Origin: Burkholderiales bacterium
GTDB taxonomy: Bacteria; Pseudomonadota; Gammaproteobacteria; Burkholderiales; SG8-39
Direction of reading: 5' to 3'
Assembly: GCA_035577785.1 (NCBI GenBank)
Contig: DATLUZ010000019.1
Location: 1,498 to 65,497, forward strand
DNA length: 64,000 nt
The position numbers and the translations under genes are program-made. The notes under the pieces were generated by a model. That model had not been told where the DNA came from and did no database searches. It was given only the letters and a program-made list of their open reading frames with translations. Below, piece by piece: positions 19,938 through 28,824 of this stretch. Within the stretch, counting starts at the first letter, position 1. Every line of letters starts with the position of its first letter.

Positions 19938-20034
19938 GAACCGCAGTGCCTTGCGGCGTCGAGGTCCGCCCCGGTCGGACCTAAAGTGGTCTGCGACGGG
20001 CGGCACCCGCCCCCGCAGCCACCGAGGAGGTTCC

Positions 20035-20166
20035 ATGGACGCACTGGTGCTCGACATCGCTGTTCGTATCCTGTCCGGACTCTGCATGGCCCTGCTTATC
20101 TGGGGCGGATGGCTTTCCATCCGCGGCACCCCGCGCTGGACGGCCGGCGCCACGGTCCAGAGCTGA
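20035..20166 (+). CDS. 43-aa single-TM micro-protein (TM unit 2)
   Basis: GAGGAGG Shine-Dalgarno sequence before ATG 20035. MDALVLDIAVRILSGLCMALLIWGGWLSI is paralogous to 15585-15770. The upstream part of the listed 80-aa ORF is Arg-rich and unlikely to be coding. Confidence 0.55.
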   Translation: MDALVLDIAVRILSGLCMALLIWGGWLSIRGTPRWTAGATVQS

Positions 20167-20240
20167 GGCTCTCCCCCTACTTTCCCCGCCGCCTGGCAAG
20201 ACCCTGGGCCGGGCCGAGCGCCCGCAGAAACCGCCGGCGC

Positions 20241-20765
20241 TCAGAACGCATCCGGCTGTTCCTCGACGCGCGTCGCCTGGTTGGCGTGCTGTGCCGGGAC
20301 GTAGAACTTCTCCAGCGCCGGCGCCGTCGGCGCGGGATTCTCGCTCTGCGTCACCTGCTCGCGGCTCGGCTGGTGCGCGAAAGTCGCGCCCAGGACCGCG
20401 CCGAGCGACACGAGCGCCACGGCCGCGGCCGCGAGCGCGATGCCACGCTTCAAGCTCCAGAATTGACTGGCTGCGGTTCCCTGACCGATGCCGTGACGAT
20501 GTTTGCCGATTCTCATGACGACCTCCTGTAGCGTGCGAACGACGACGAGATACGCCCCGTACGCGAGAAGCGCAGCGGAGCAGATTTCCAGGACACGGAC
20601 CGCGAGGTCCAGCAATTCGGGCAGCCATTCCGTGGTGCTCGCGGCCATCTGCTGGAGCGCGATCCCGCTCCCGTCGGCAAAGACCTCGGCGCGAGCGTGC
20701 GAGCACGGCATCAGGGCCGCGGCGAGCGCGCCGCGGCTCAATCGCAGGACTTGGATGCGGTTCAT
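20241..20765 (-). CDS. 174-aa membrane protein: TM-unit-like helix fused to tail protein (tail protein 2)
   Basis: Start MNRIQV at 20765 with a GGAAGG Shine-Dalgarno sequence. The internal helix LLDLAVRVLEICSAALLAYGAYL matches the micro-proteins. A second TM follows, then the tail LEKFYVPAQHANQATRVEEQPDAF. Confidence 0.65.
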   Translation of the reverse strand: MNRIQVLRLSRGALAAALMPCSHARAEVFADGSGIALQQMAASTTEWLPELLDLAVRVLEICSAALLAYGAYLVVVRTLQEVVMRIGKHRHGIGQGTAASQFWSLKRGIALAAAAVALVSLGAVLGATFAHQPSREQVTQSENPAPTAPALEKFYVPAQHANQATRVEEQPDAF

Positions 20766-20845
20766 GTGGGCCCCTTCCGTGAAACTCTCGGGCCCAGTGT
20801 GCGCAAGCCGGGCGTCCGGTTCAGCGTCGCGTCGCACCCGATTCA

Positions 20846-20860
20846 TGTGAACTAATCACA
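20846..20860. promoter_or_regulatory. CRP-type palindrome D: TGTGA-ACTAA-TCACA
   Basis: Lies in the divergent region between tail protein 2 and CRP paralog 2. Its half-sites match the canonical CRP half-sites. Confidence 0.6.
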
Positions 20861-20919
20861 CAGCCGGGCGTTGCTTGCGCACGCTCCGGACCGGTACCAG
20901 AATGTCCGAAGAGGGGTAG

Positions 20920-21573
20920 ATGCAGGCATCGAAGCCGAAAGAGCCGTCGCCCTGCGACGTCCTGAGCGACGCCGAGCTCAAGGCGCTGTCCGAGCGCGCG
21001 ATCATGCGCGCGTTCGCGAAGAACACGGTGATCGTGAGCGAGGGCGACCGGGCCGATTCGCTCTACATCGTCCTTTCCGGCCGTGTCCGGGCCTACGTGA
21101 GCGACGACCAGGGCAAGGAGATGTTCCTCAGCGAGGCGGGCAAGGGCGAGTATTTCGGCGAAATGGCGCTCGACGAGGGGCCGCGCTCGGCCTCCGTGAT
21201 CACGCTCGAGCCGACCCGGCTTCTGGTCGTGCCGAAAGACGATTTCGCGGCCTTCCTCGCGAAGAGCCCCGAGTTCGCGCTGCACCTCGTGCGCAAGCTG
21301 ATCCGCCGGGTGCGCGCGCTCACCCACGACGTCAAGAGCCTGGCGCTCATGGACGTCTACGGCCGCGTGGCGCGCATGCTCCTCGATCTCGCCGTCGAGC
21401 GCGACGGCGCGCTCGTGATCGAGGACCGGCCGACGCAGCAGGAAATGGCGAACCGGGTCGGCGCTTCGCGCGAGATGATCAGCCGGATCCTCACCGAGCT
21501 GGCCGCCGGCGGCTACATCGAGGTCGCCCGGGACCGCATCACCATCTCCCGCACTTTGCCGTGCGGCTGGTGA
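20920..21573 (+). CDS. Crp/Fnr-family cyclic-nucleotide-binding transcription factor (CRP paralog 2)
   Basis: GEYFGEMALDEGPRSASV (canonical Glu...Arg-Ser cNMP contacts) and recognition helix GASREMISRIL. Clear paralog of 14844-15485. Confidence 0.85.
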   Translation: MQASKPKEPSPCDVLSDAELKALSERAIMRAFAKNTVIVSEGDRADSLYIVLSGRVRAYVSDDQGKEMFLSEAGKGEYFGEMALDEGPRSASVITLEPTRLLVVPKDDFAAFLAKSPEFALHLVRKLIRRVRALTHDVKSLALMDVYGRVARMLLDLAVERDGALVIEDRPTQQEMANRVGASREMISRILTELAAGGYIEVARDRITISRTLPCGW

Positions 21574-21590
21574 AGCTAAGATAGCCGGGC

Positions 21591-22166
21591 GTGCGTCTGT
21601 TCATCAAAAACAGGACCTTCGGGGGAGAAGGCCCGGCCGGGGGGAAGCTCAACCTCCGGCTGTCCGGTTTCGCCGCGCAGCAGATCGTCCCGGTTGACGA
21701 CATCGTGCGGGCCATCGACCGGCTTCCGGATTTTCATCTCGAGGGTCTGCGCGAGATCGCCTATCTGCCCGAATACGCCCCGGACGTGCGCGCCTACCCC
21801 GCCTACCCGCGCTGTGCGCCGCAGGGCGAGTTCGTTCAGTCGGAGAGGCGCATTTTCGTCTACGGGTTCGACCGTCCCGCGATGTTCTTCCATATGCTGC
21901 ATCACGAGATCGGCCATTTCGTGTTCTTTCTGGTGCTCGGCAGCCGCATGAAGAAGCAGTGGGTCACGCAGCTCTTCCCGGAGTCCACTTGCGTGACGGC
22001 GTACGCCGGCAGGAATCCCTGGGAGGACTTCGCGGAGAGCTACGCTTACTACGTGCTCCAGCCTCGGCTTCTCGAGAGGAAGCTGCCCGAAAAGCACGCC
22101 TTCATGCGCGAGTGCGTCTTCTCCGGAGAGGCGTGGGCGCTCAAGGAAAGCGATCGCCTGGGATAA
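21591..22166 (+). CDS. HExxH metallopeptidase-like protein (MtfA/M90-like motif arrangement)
   Basis: GTG start 17 nt after the CRP2 stop. MLHHEIGHFVF plus a downstream NPWEDFAESYAYY. No signal peptide. Confidence 0.5.
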   Translation: MRLFIKNRTFGGEGPAGGKLNLRLSGFAAQQIVPVDDIVRAIDRLPDFHLEGLREIAYLPEYAPDVRAYPAYPRCAPQGEFVQSERRIFVYGFDRPAMFFHMLHHEIGHFVFFLVLGSRMKKQWVTQLFPESTCVTAYAGRNPWEDFAESYAYYVLQPRLLERKLPEKHAFMRECVFSGEAWALKESDRLG

Positions 22167-22197
22167 ACTTGCCCCGAGCGTTCGAGGAGGAGCTTCG

Positions 22198-23850
22198 ATG
22201 CACGGCCTGATGATGGACACGCCGCTCCTGATCAGCGACCTGATCCGGCATGCCGATCGGCACCACGGCGCCGGAGAGATCGTCTCGAAGACGGTCGAGG
22301 ATGGCGCGCTTCACCGATACAGCTACCGCGACGCCCACCGCCGCGCCCGCCGCCTGGCGAACGCGCTGAAGGCGCTGGGCGTCGGCATGCACGACCGGGT
22401 CGCGACGCTCGCCTGGAACGGCTTCCGGCATTTCGAGATCTACTACGCGGTCGCGGGCTCGGGCGCGGTGATCCACACCATCAATCCGCGCCTATTCCCC
22501 GACCAGATCGCCTATATCGGGAACCACGCCGAGGACCAGGTCGTGTTCTTCGACCTGACCTTCGCGCCGCTCGTGGAGAAGCTCGCGCCGCAGCTGAAAT
22601 CGGTAAAGCACTTTGTGGCGATGACCGATGCGGCACACCTACCGAAAAACAACATTCCGAACCTGCGCTGCTACGAGGAGCTGATCGAGCAGGCCGCCGA
22701 AGAGTACGAATGGCCGAGCTTCGACGAGCGCACCGCGGCGTGCTTGTGCTACACCTCGGGCACGACCGGCAATCCGAAGGGTGCGCTCTATACCCACCGC
22801 TCCACCATCCTGCACGCCTATGCGGCGGCGCTGCCCGATGCGCTCAACGTGTCGGCGCGCGATGTCATCCTGCCGGTGGTGCCGATGTTTCACGTCAACG
22901 CCTGGGGCATGCCCTACAGCTGCGCGCTGACCGGCGCTAAGCTCGTCTTTCCCGGCCAGCATCTCGACGGCAAGAGCCTGCACCAGCTTTTCGAAGCCGA
23001 AGAAGTCACGATGAGCGCGGGCGTGCCGACCGTGTGGCTGGGGCTGCTCAACTACATGAAGGAGCAGAAGCTCGGGTTCTCGACCCTGAAGCGGGTGGTG
23101 ATCGGCGGCTCGGCCTGCCCGCCGGCGATGATCCGGGCGTTCCAGGACGACTTCGGCGTCGAGGTGCTGCATGCCTGGGGAATGACCGAGATGAGCCCGC
23201 TCGGCACCGTGACGACCTTCAAGCGCAAGCACCTGAAGCAGTCGAAGGAAGAGCGTTACGCGCTGCAGAACAAGCAGGGGCGCGCGATCTACGGCGTGGA
23301 CTTCCGGGTAGTCGACGAAAACGGCGCCGACCTTCCGTGGGACGGCGCCGCCATCGGGGACCTCCAGGTCCGCGGGCCGTGGGTGATCAAGAGCTATTTC
23401 AAGGGCGAGGGCGGCGATCCGCTGGAGAAGGACGCGCACGGCGCGCGCTGGTTCCCGACCGGCGACGTGGTGAACATCGACGCCGAGGGCTTCATCCAGA
23501 TCACCGACCGCTCGAAGGACGTGATCAAGTCGGGCGGCGAGTGGATCAGCTCGATCGACCTCGAGAACATCGCCGTCGCGCATCCGGCGATCGCCGAGGC
23601 CGCGGTGATCGGGGTCAAGCACCCGAAATGGGACGAGCGCCCCATCGTGGTCGCGGTGAAGAAACCCGGCCAAGAGGTGTCGAAAGAGGAGCTGCTCAAG
23701 TTCTACGAGGGCAAGATCGCCAAGTGGTGGATGCCCGAGGACGTGGTATTCGTGAGCGAGCTGCCGCACACCGCCACCGGCAAGCTCTCCAAGCTCACGC
23801 TGCGCCAGCAGTTCAAGGATTTTCGGGTTGATTCGAAGCGAGAGCGCTGA
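22198..23850 (+). CDS. long-chain/medium-chain fatty-acid--CoA ligase (AMP-dependent synthetase)
   Basis: Strong Shine-Dalgarno sequence (GAGGAGG). AMP-binding motif [21 protein letters not shown]-terminal TATGKLSK. Confidence 0.9.
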   Translation: MHGLMMDTPLLISDLIRHADRHHGAGEIVSKTVEDGALHRYSYRDAHRRARRLANALKALGVGMHDRVATLAWNGFRHFEIYYAVAGSGAVIHTINPRLFPDQIAYIGNHAEDQVVFFDLTFAPLVEKLAPQLKSVKHFVAMTDAAHLPKNNIPNLRCYEELIEQAAEEYEWPSFDERTAACLCYTSGTTGNPKGALYTHRSTILHAYAAALPDALNVSARDVILPVVPMFHVNAWGMPYSCALTGAKLVFPGQHLDGKSLHQLFEAEEVTMSAGVPTVWLGLLNYMKEQKLGFSTLKRVVIGGSACPPAMIRAFQDDFGVEVLHAWGMTEMSPLGTVTTFKRKHLKQSKEERYALQNKQGRAIYGVDFRVVDENGADLPWDGAAIGDLQVRGPWVIKSYFKGEGGDPLEKDAHGARWFPTGDVVNIDAEGFIQITDRSKDVIKSGGEWISSIDLENIAVAHPAIAEAAVIGVKHPKWDERPIVVAVKKPGQEVSKEELLKFYEGKIAKWWMPEDVVFVSELPHTATGKLSKLTLRQQFKDFRVDSKRER

Positions 23851-23857
23851 TCGCCCG

Positions 23858-24310
23858 GTGGTGACGCCTTCGATAAGAGAGCTTGAAAGGCGGGTCGGCG
23901 AGGAGGTCGCGGTATCGCCCTGGCTCGACGTAAGCCAGGAGCGCATCGATACCTTCGCCAAGGCGATCGAGGACTTCCAGTGGATCCACGTCGATCCGGC
24001 GCGCGCGAAGAGCTCGCCCTTCGGCGGCACCATCGCCCACGGCTTCCTAACGCTGTCGCTGCTGTCGCACCTCTCCGAGATCACCTTCTCCTTTTCCGAC
24101 CGCAGGATGGGCGTCAATTACGGACTGAACCGGGTGCGTTTCACCTCTCCGGTTCCGAGCGGCGCCCGCGTGCGGGCGCGCTTCACGCTCCTGAAGTACG
24201 AGCCCATCGAGGCAAACGGCGTGCAGGTGACCTGGAACGCGACGGTCGAGATCGAGGGCGCGCCGAAGCCGGCGCTCGTCGCGGAATGGATCGGACGTCA
24301 CTATTACTGA
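23858..24310 (+). CDS. MaoC-like (R)-specific enoyl-CoA hydratase, hot-dog fold
   Basis: [25 protein letters not shown]. Start is uncertain: GTG 23858/23861 after the ligase stop, or TTG 23828 overlapping it. Confidence 0.75.
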   Translation: MVTPSIRELERRVGEEVAVSPWLDVSQERIDTFAKAIEDFQWIHVDPARAKSSPFGGTIAHGFLTLSLLSHLSEITFSFSDRRMGVNYGLNRVRFTSPVPSGARVRARFTLLKYEPIEANGVQVTWNATVEIEGAPKPALVAEWIGRHYY

Positions 24311-24314
24311 AGCA

Positions 24315-24377
24315 AAAAACAGGGACAGACCACGTTTGTTTTCCGTGGCATTGAGAGAAAAACGTGGTCTGTCCCTG
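24315..24377. repeat. R1 inverted pair (18-nt arms 24320-24337 and 24360-24377) forming a long hairpin
   Basis: CAGGGACAGACCACGTTT ... AAACGTGGTCTGTCCCTG, perfectly complementary with a 22-nt loop. It sits directly after the MaoC stop and could act as a terminator. Confidence 0.8.
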
Positions 24378-24391
24378 ATTTGGAGGCGTTG

Positions 24392-25447
24392 ATGGTCCAG
24401 AGATGGAAGCAAAAACCGCCCGGCTCGAACTGGGGCGAATTCGGCCCCGACGACCAGCGCGGGCGCATGAACTACGTGACGCGCGAGAAGGTGCTGCAGG
24501 GAATCGCGGAGGTGAAGGAGGGCATCAGCTTCCCGCTCTCCCTGCCGCTCGACTATCCGGGCGGCGCCACCCTCAACCCGCGGCGCAGCCCGCCGCGCCT
24601 CGCGGCGACGATTCGCGACGGCAAGAGCGCCGGCAAGCAGAACTTCTGCTTTGCGCTCGCCGAGGACGAGCCCGATCTCACCGACGTCATCTGCGACGAC
24701 CGCGTGCTGCTGACGCTCCAGTATTCGACGCAGTGGGACAGCTTCGCCCACGTCGGCAGCCGCTTCGACGCCGACGGCGACGGCAAGCGCGAGATCGTGT
24801 TCTACAACGGCTTCCGCGCCGGCGAGGATGTCCTACCCTCCAAAGGAGGTGAATCAGGGGAAAGCTGGGCAAGATTCGAGGGCACCGAGGCGAAGGCGCT
24901 CGGCATCCAGAACCTGGCCGAGCACGGCGCGCAAGGCCGCGGCGTGATGATCGATCTGCACCACCACTTCGGCCGCAGCCGCACGGCCGTGGACTACGAC
25001 GCGCTGATGAAGCTGATGGACCAGGACCGGGTCGAGGTCGAAAAGGGCGACATGGTGTGCCTCTATACCGGCTTTGCCGACCTGATGCTCGAAATGCGCA
25101 AGCAGCCCGACGCAAAACTGCTGCACGCGAGCTGCAGCGGGCTCGACGGGCGCGACCCGCGCGTGCTCAACTGGATTTCCGATTCCGGTCTCGCGATACT
25201 GGCGAGCGACAACTACGCGGTGGAGATCATTCCCGTGAGCCTTTCCCGACCCAAGCCGGCGGCGCTGATGCCGCTGCATGAGCATTGCCTGTTCAAGAAC
25301 GGCATCCACCTGGGCGAGATGTGGTATCTCACCGAGCTGGCGCGCTGGCTGCGCAGCCAGCGCCGTAACCGGTTCCTGCTCACGGCACCGCCGCTGCGCC
25401 TGCCCGGCGCGGTGGGCTCGCCCGCGACACCGGTGGGGACCGTATGA
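24392..25447 (+). CDS. putative cyclase-family (kynurenine-formamidase-like) hydrolase
   Basis: ATG 24392 has a GGAGG Shine-Dalgarno sequence; the TTG at 24380 lies inside the repeat. N-terminal NWGEFGPDDQRGRMNYVT is typical of this family. Confidence 0.6.
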   Translation: MVQRWKQKPPGSNWGEFGPDDQRGRMNYVTREKVLQGIAEVKEGISFPLSLPLDYPGGATLNPRRSPPRLAATIRDGKSAGKQNFCFALAEDEPDLTDVICDDRVLLTLQYSTQWDSFAHVGSRFDADGDGKREIVFYNGFRAGEDVLPSKGGESGESWARFEGTEAKALGIQNLAEHGAQGRGVMIDLHHHFGRSRTAVDYDALMKLMDQDRVEVEKGDMVCLYTGFADLMLEMRKQPDAKLLHASCSGLDGRDPRVLNWISDSGLAILASDNYAVEIIPVSLSRPKPAALMPLHEHCLFKNGIHLGEMWYLTELARWLRSQRRNRFLLTAPPLRLPGAVGSPATPVGTV

Positions 25448-26187
25448 AGGTCGCTCTCATTACCGGCGGCTCGTCGGGCATCGGCGAGGCGGCCGCGCGC
25501 GAGCTCGCGAAGCGGGGCTGGCAGGTCGCGATCATGTTCTCGAAGAACAAGGCGCAGGCAGACCGCGTCTCTGGGGACATCAACGGCCTCGCGCTGCAGG
25601 GCGACGTTGCGCAGGACGCGGACTGCCGGCGCGTGGCCAAGGCGGTGCTCGACAAGTGGGGCCGCATCGACGCGCTCGTGAACAGCGCCGGCACCACCAA
25701 GTTCGTGGCGCACGGCGACCTCGAGGGACTCTCGGCCGAGGACATCCTCGGCATCTTCCGCATCAACCTCGTGGGTCCCTACCAGATGATCCGCGCCTGC
25801 GCGGCGGCGCTCAAGGAAGCGCACGGCTGCGTGGTCAACCTGTCCTCGGTGGCCGCCCGTCTCGGCACCGGGTCCTCGGTGGCCTACGCTGCATCGAAGG
25901 CCGCGCTCGACACCATGACGCTCTCGCTCGCTCGCGCGCTCGGGCCGGAGGTCCGCCTGAACGTGGTGGCGCCGGGCTTCGTGCGCACGCCGTGGCAGAT
26001 CGCGGCGCACGGCGCCGATGGCGCCGCCGAGCTCGAGCGCCGCTTCGCCGAGCGCGCGCCGCTCAAGGCCGCGGCCGAAGCGCAGGACGCGGCCGAGACG
26101 ATCGCCTGGCTGATCGAGAGCGCGCGCCGCGTCACCGGCCAGATCGTCTACGTCGATGGAGGCATGCACATCGCCGTGCCGCGCTGA
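25444..26187 (+). CDS. SDR-family oxidoreductase
   Basis: TGGSSGIG cofactor motif, YAASKAAL catalytic motif, and an ATGA overlap with the upstream gene. Confidence 0.9.
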   Translation: MKVALITGGSSGIGEAAARELAKRGWQVAIMFSKNKAQADRVSGDINGLALQGDVAQDADCRRVAKAVLDKWGRIDALVNSAGTTKFVAHGDLEGLSAEDILGIFRINLVGPYQMIRACAAALKEAHGCVVNLSSVAARLGTGSSVAYAASKAALDTMTLSLARALGPEVRLNVVAPGFVRTPWQIAAHGADGAAELERRFAERAPLKAAAEAQDAAETIAWLIESARRVTGQIVYVDGGMHIAVPR

Positions 26188-27723
26188 TTGGTTTTTGACT
26201 ACATCATCGTAGGCGCGGGCTCGGCGGGTTGTGTCCTTGCCAACCGGCTCACACAGGATCCCGCCCGCAAGGTCCTGCTGCTGGAGGCCGGGCCACGCGA
26301 CACCAATCCCTGGATTCACGTCCCGCTCGGCTACGGCAAGCTCTTCGCGCGCACCGACGTCAACTGGGCCTACCAGTCCGAGCCCGAGCCGGCGCTGAAC
26401 GGCCGGCGCGTGTTCACGCCGCGCGGCAAGGTGCTCGGCGGCTCCTCGTCCATCAACGGCCTGGTCTACATCCGCGGCCAGCGAGAGGACTTCGACGGCT
26501 GGGGGCTGGCGGGATGGGATTTCGATTCGCTCGCACCGTACTTCGGCAGAGCCGAAGCCGAGCTGAAGGTCTCGTGCCTCGAGCGGCACGAGCTCTGCGA
26601 CGCCTTCATCGCCTCCGCCGCCTCGCTCGGCATTCCCTTGAACCGCGAAGGCTTCAACGGCGCATCGCAGGAGGGAACCGGCTACTACCACGCCACCTGC
26701 CATCGCGGGCGACGGCGGAGCGCGGCGGTCGCTTATCTCAGGCCGGCCGCGCGCCGGTCCAATCTCTCGGTCGAGGTCAACGCGCTCGCCACGAGGATCC
26801 TCTTCGATGGGAAGCGCGCTGCCGGAGTGGAGTTCGTCCAGGGAGGCCGTGTGCGAAAGGCGAGCGCAGCGGCCGAGGTGCTGCTTTGCGGCGGCAGCTT
26901 CAATTCACCGCAACTTCTCGAACTTTCCGGCGTGGGAAGGCGATCACTGCTGGAGGAAAACAACATTCAGGTGGTGCACGACTTGCCCGCGGTGGGCGAG
27001 GACCTGCAGGACCACTTCTACGTGCGCACGTTCTGGCGCTGTCGACGGCCGATCACCATCAACGACGAGCTGGCGAGCTGGTGGCGCAAGGCGAAGATGG
27101 CACTGCAGTACGCGCTGTTCCGCGGCGGCTCCCTCGCCGTGGCTGCCGGCCACGCGGCGGCATTCGTGCGCACGCGGCCGGAGTCGAAGCGGCCGGACGC
27201 GCAGCTGTACTTCATCAATTTCTCGAGCGCTGAGCGCGGCGGAGCGCTGCATGCGCATTCCGGATTCACCACCTCGGTGTCGCAGCTCCAGGTCGAATCG
27301 CGCGGCTCGGTCCACGTCGGCTCGGCCGACCCCGCAGTGCCGCCCGTGATCCGGTACAACTATCTCGCCACGGAGAACGACCGGCGCGTGATGGTGGAAG
27401 GGCTGAAGATGCTCCGGCGCATCGCCGCGGCGCCGCCGCTTTCGGGCTATATCCTCGACGAATACCTTCCCGGGCCGAAGGTGCAGACCGACGCGGAGTG
27501 GCTCGCCTTCTGCCGCGAGGCCGGCTCGACCGTGTTCCACCCGACCTCGACCTGTCGCATCGGCGCCGTGGTCGACGAGCAGCTGCGGGTGAAGGGCGTG
27601 TCGAGCCTGCGCGTCGTCGACGCCTCGGTCATGCCTTGCGTGCCTTCCGGAAACATCAACGCCGCGGTGCTCGCCGTCGCGGAAAAAAGCGCCGACCTGA
27701 TCAGGCAGGCGAGGGACGGGTAG
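26188..27723 (+). CDS. GMC-family FAD oxidoreductase (choline-dehydrogenase-like)
   Basis: TTG start directly after the SDR stop. DYIIVGAGSAGCVLANRL. C-terminal STCRIG...VVDASVMP signature. Confidence 0.9.
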   Translation: MVFDYIIVGAGSAGCVLANRLTQDPARKVLLLEAGPRDTNPWIHVPLGYGKLFARTDVNWAYQSEPEPALNGRRVFTPRGKVLGGSSSINGLVYIRGQREDFDGWGLAGWDFDSLAPYFGRAEAELKVSCLERHELCDAFIASAASLGIPLNREGFNGASQEGTGYYHATCHRGRRRSAAVAYLRPAARRSNLSVEVNALATRILFDGKRAAGVEFVQGGRVRKASAAAEVLLCGGSFNSPQLLELSGVGRRSLLEENNIQVVHDLPAVGEDLQDHFYVRTFWRCRRPITINDELASWWRKAKMALQYALFRGGSLAVAAGHAAAFVRTRPESKRPDAQLYFINFSSAERGGALHAHSGFTTSVSQLQVESRGSVHVGSADPAVPPVIRYNYLATENDRRVMVEGLKMLRRIAAAPPLSGYILDEYLPGPKVQTDAEWLAFCREAGSTVFHPTSTCRIGAVVDEQLRVKGVSSLRVVDASVMPCVPSGNINAAVLAVAEKSADLIRQARDG

Positions 27724-27775
27724 CCGCAACAGCGCTCGGGAAAGCCCCCTCCGCAGCAGTAAAATCGCGTGCTCC

Positions 27776-28084
27776 ATGTGGGAAGGCGCCGCGATTGTTC
27801 TCATCGCCGCAGGGCTATTGCTTTGGGCCGACAGCCTGAAGGCCCGCGAACGCGCCGTGCGCGCCGGGCGCTCGGCCTGCGAGCGCTATCAGCTCCAGTT
27901 TCTCGATGACACGGTGTCCTTCGCCCGCATGCGCCTTGGGCGCAACCACGACGGAGAGCTGCGCATCGCCCGGACCTACACGTTCGAGTTCTCCGACACC
28001 GGCAACAACCGGCGCCAGGGCGCGATCGTGATGCTCGGCGGCGAGGTGCAGGACCTTCATCTGGAGCCCTATCCGGTCCAATGA
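27776..28084 (+). CDS. small membrane-anchored protein, DUF3301-like
   Basis: One N-terminal TM helix, 102 aa. The stop overlaps the fpr start (ATGA). The family call is from memory only. Confidence 0.5.
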   Translation: MWEGAAIVLIAAGLLLWADSLKARERAVRAGRSACERYQLQFLDDTVSFARMRLGRNHDGELRIARTYTFEFSDTGNNRRQGAIVMLGGEVQDLHLEPYPVQ

Positions 28085-28824
28085 GCGCATGGCTTGAAGG
28101 CGAAATCGTCGAAAACCGGCACTGGACCGATGCATTGTTCTCCCTTCGCGTGCAGGGAGCAGCGCTCTCCTTCCAAGCCGGCCAGTTCGTGCGCATCGCG
28201 CTCGATATCGACGGCGAGCGGGTGGCGCGCGCCTTCTCGATGGTGAGCGCGCCGGGGGAGCCGCTGCTCGAGTTCTACGGCATCGTGGTGCCCGAGGGGC
28301 CGCTTTCGCCGCGGCTCGCGCGCCTGAAGCCGGGCGAGCGGCTCTTCGTCGCCTCCAATCCGGCCGGCTTTCTCGTCCTCTCCGAGCTTCCGGACGCCGA
28401 GACGCTCTGGCTCATGGCCACCGGCACCGGGATCGCGCCGTTCGTGTCCATGCTCCGCGCCGACACCCCCTGGCAGCGGTTCGAGAACGTCGTCCTGGTC
28501 CATGCGGTTCGGCATGCGCAGGAGCTCGTCTATCGCGACGATGTCGAGCGGGCCCGGGTGACGCACGGCGCGCGCTTCCGGTATGTCCCCATAGTGAGCC
28601 GGGAAGACGCGGCTCACGCGCTGCGCGGTCGCATCCCCGCGCTGCTCCGCGACGCCCGCCTCGAAGGCGCGGCGGGCCTCAAGCTTGCTCCGGCGGATTC
28701 CCAGGTCATGCTGTGCGGCAATCCCGACATGCTGAAGGACACGAGCGCGGCGCTCGCCGAGCGCGGCCTGCGCAAGAACCGGCGCCGCTCGCCGGGCCAG
28801 ATCACGGTGGAGAGCTTTTGGTGA
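28081..28824 (+). CDS. fpr: ferredoxin--NADP(+) reductase
   Basis: RAFSMVS (FAD RxYS-type motif), GPLSPRL, MATGTGIAPF (NADP), C-terminal ITVESFW. Confidence 0.85.
   Translation: MSAWLEGEIVENRHWTDALFSLRVQGAALSFQAGQFVRIALDIDGERVARAFSMVSAPGEPLLEFYGIVVPEGPLSPRLARLKPGERLFVASNPAGFLVLSELPDAETLWLMATGTGIAPFVSMLRADTPWQRFENVVLVHAVRHAQELVYRDDVERARVTHGARFRYVPIVSREDAAHALRGRIPALLRDARLEGAAGLKLAPADSQVMLCGNPDMLKDTSAALAERGLRKNRRRSPGQITVESFW

Noticed and set aside
19924-20034. N-terminal 37-aa extension of the micro-ORF (80-aa ORF as listed), and the 19-aa extension of the FecR ORF to 19005
   Set aside because: The extensions are Arg-rich and lack ribosome-binding sites. The micro-ORF extension would also run through palindrome C and its conserved leader. 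The internal ATGs have a Shine-Dalgarno sequence or a signal peptide that fits the paralogs.
24380-24391. TTG start of the cyclase-family ORF inside the R1 repeat, and the ATG 50399 start of the MATE ORF inside R2
   Set aside because: Both would place repeat-derived residues at the N-terminus. For the cyclase-family gene, ATG 24392 has a GGAGG Shine-Dalgarno sequence. For the MATE gene, TTG 50345 lies outside the repeat, but it lacks an obvious Shine-Dalgarno sequence and stays uncertain.
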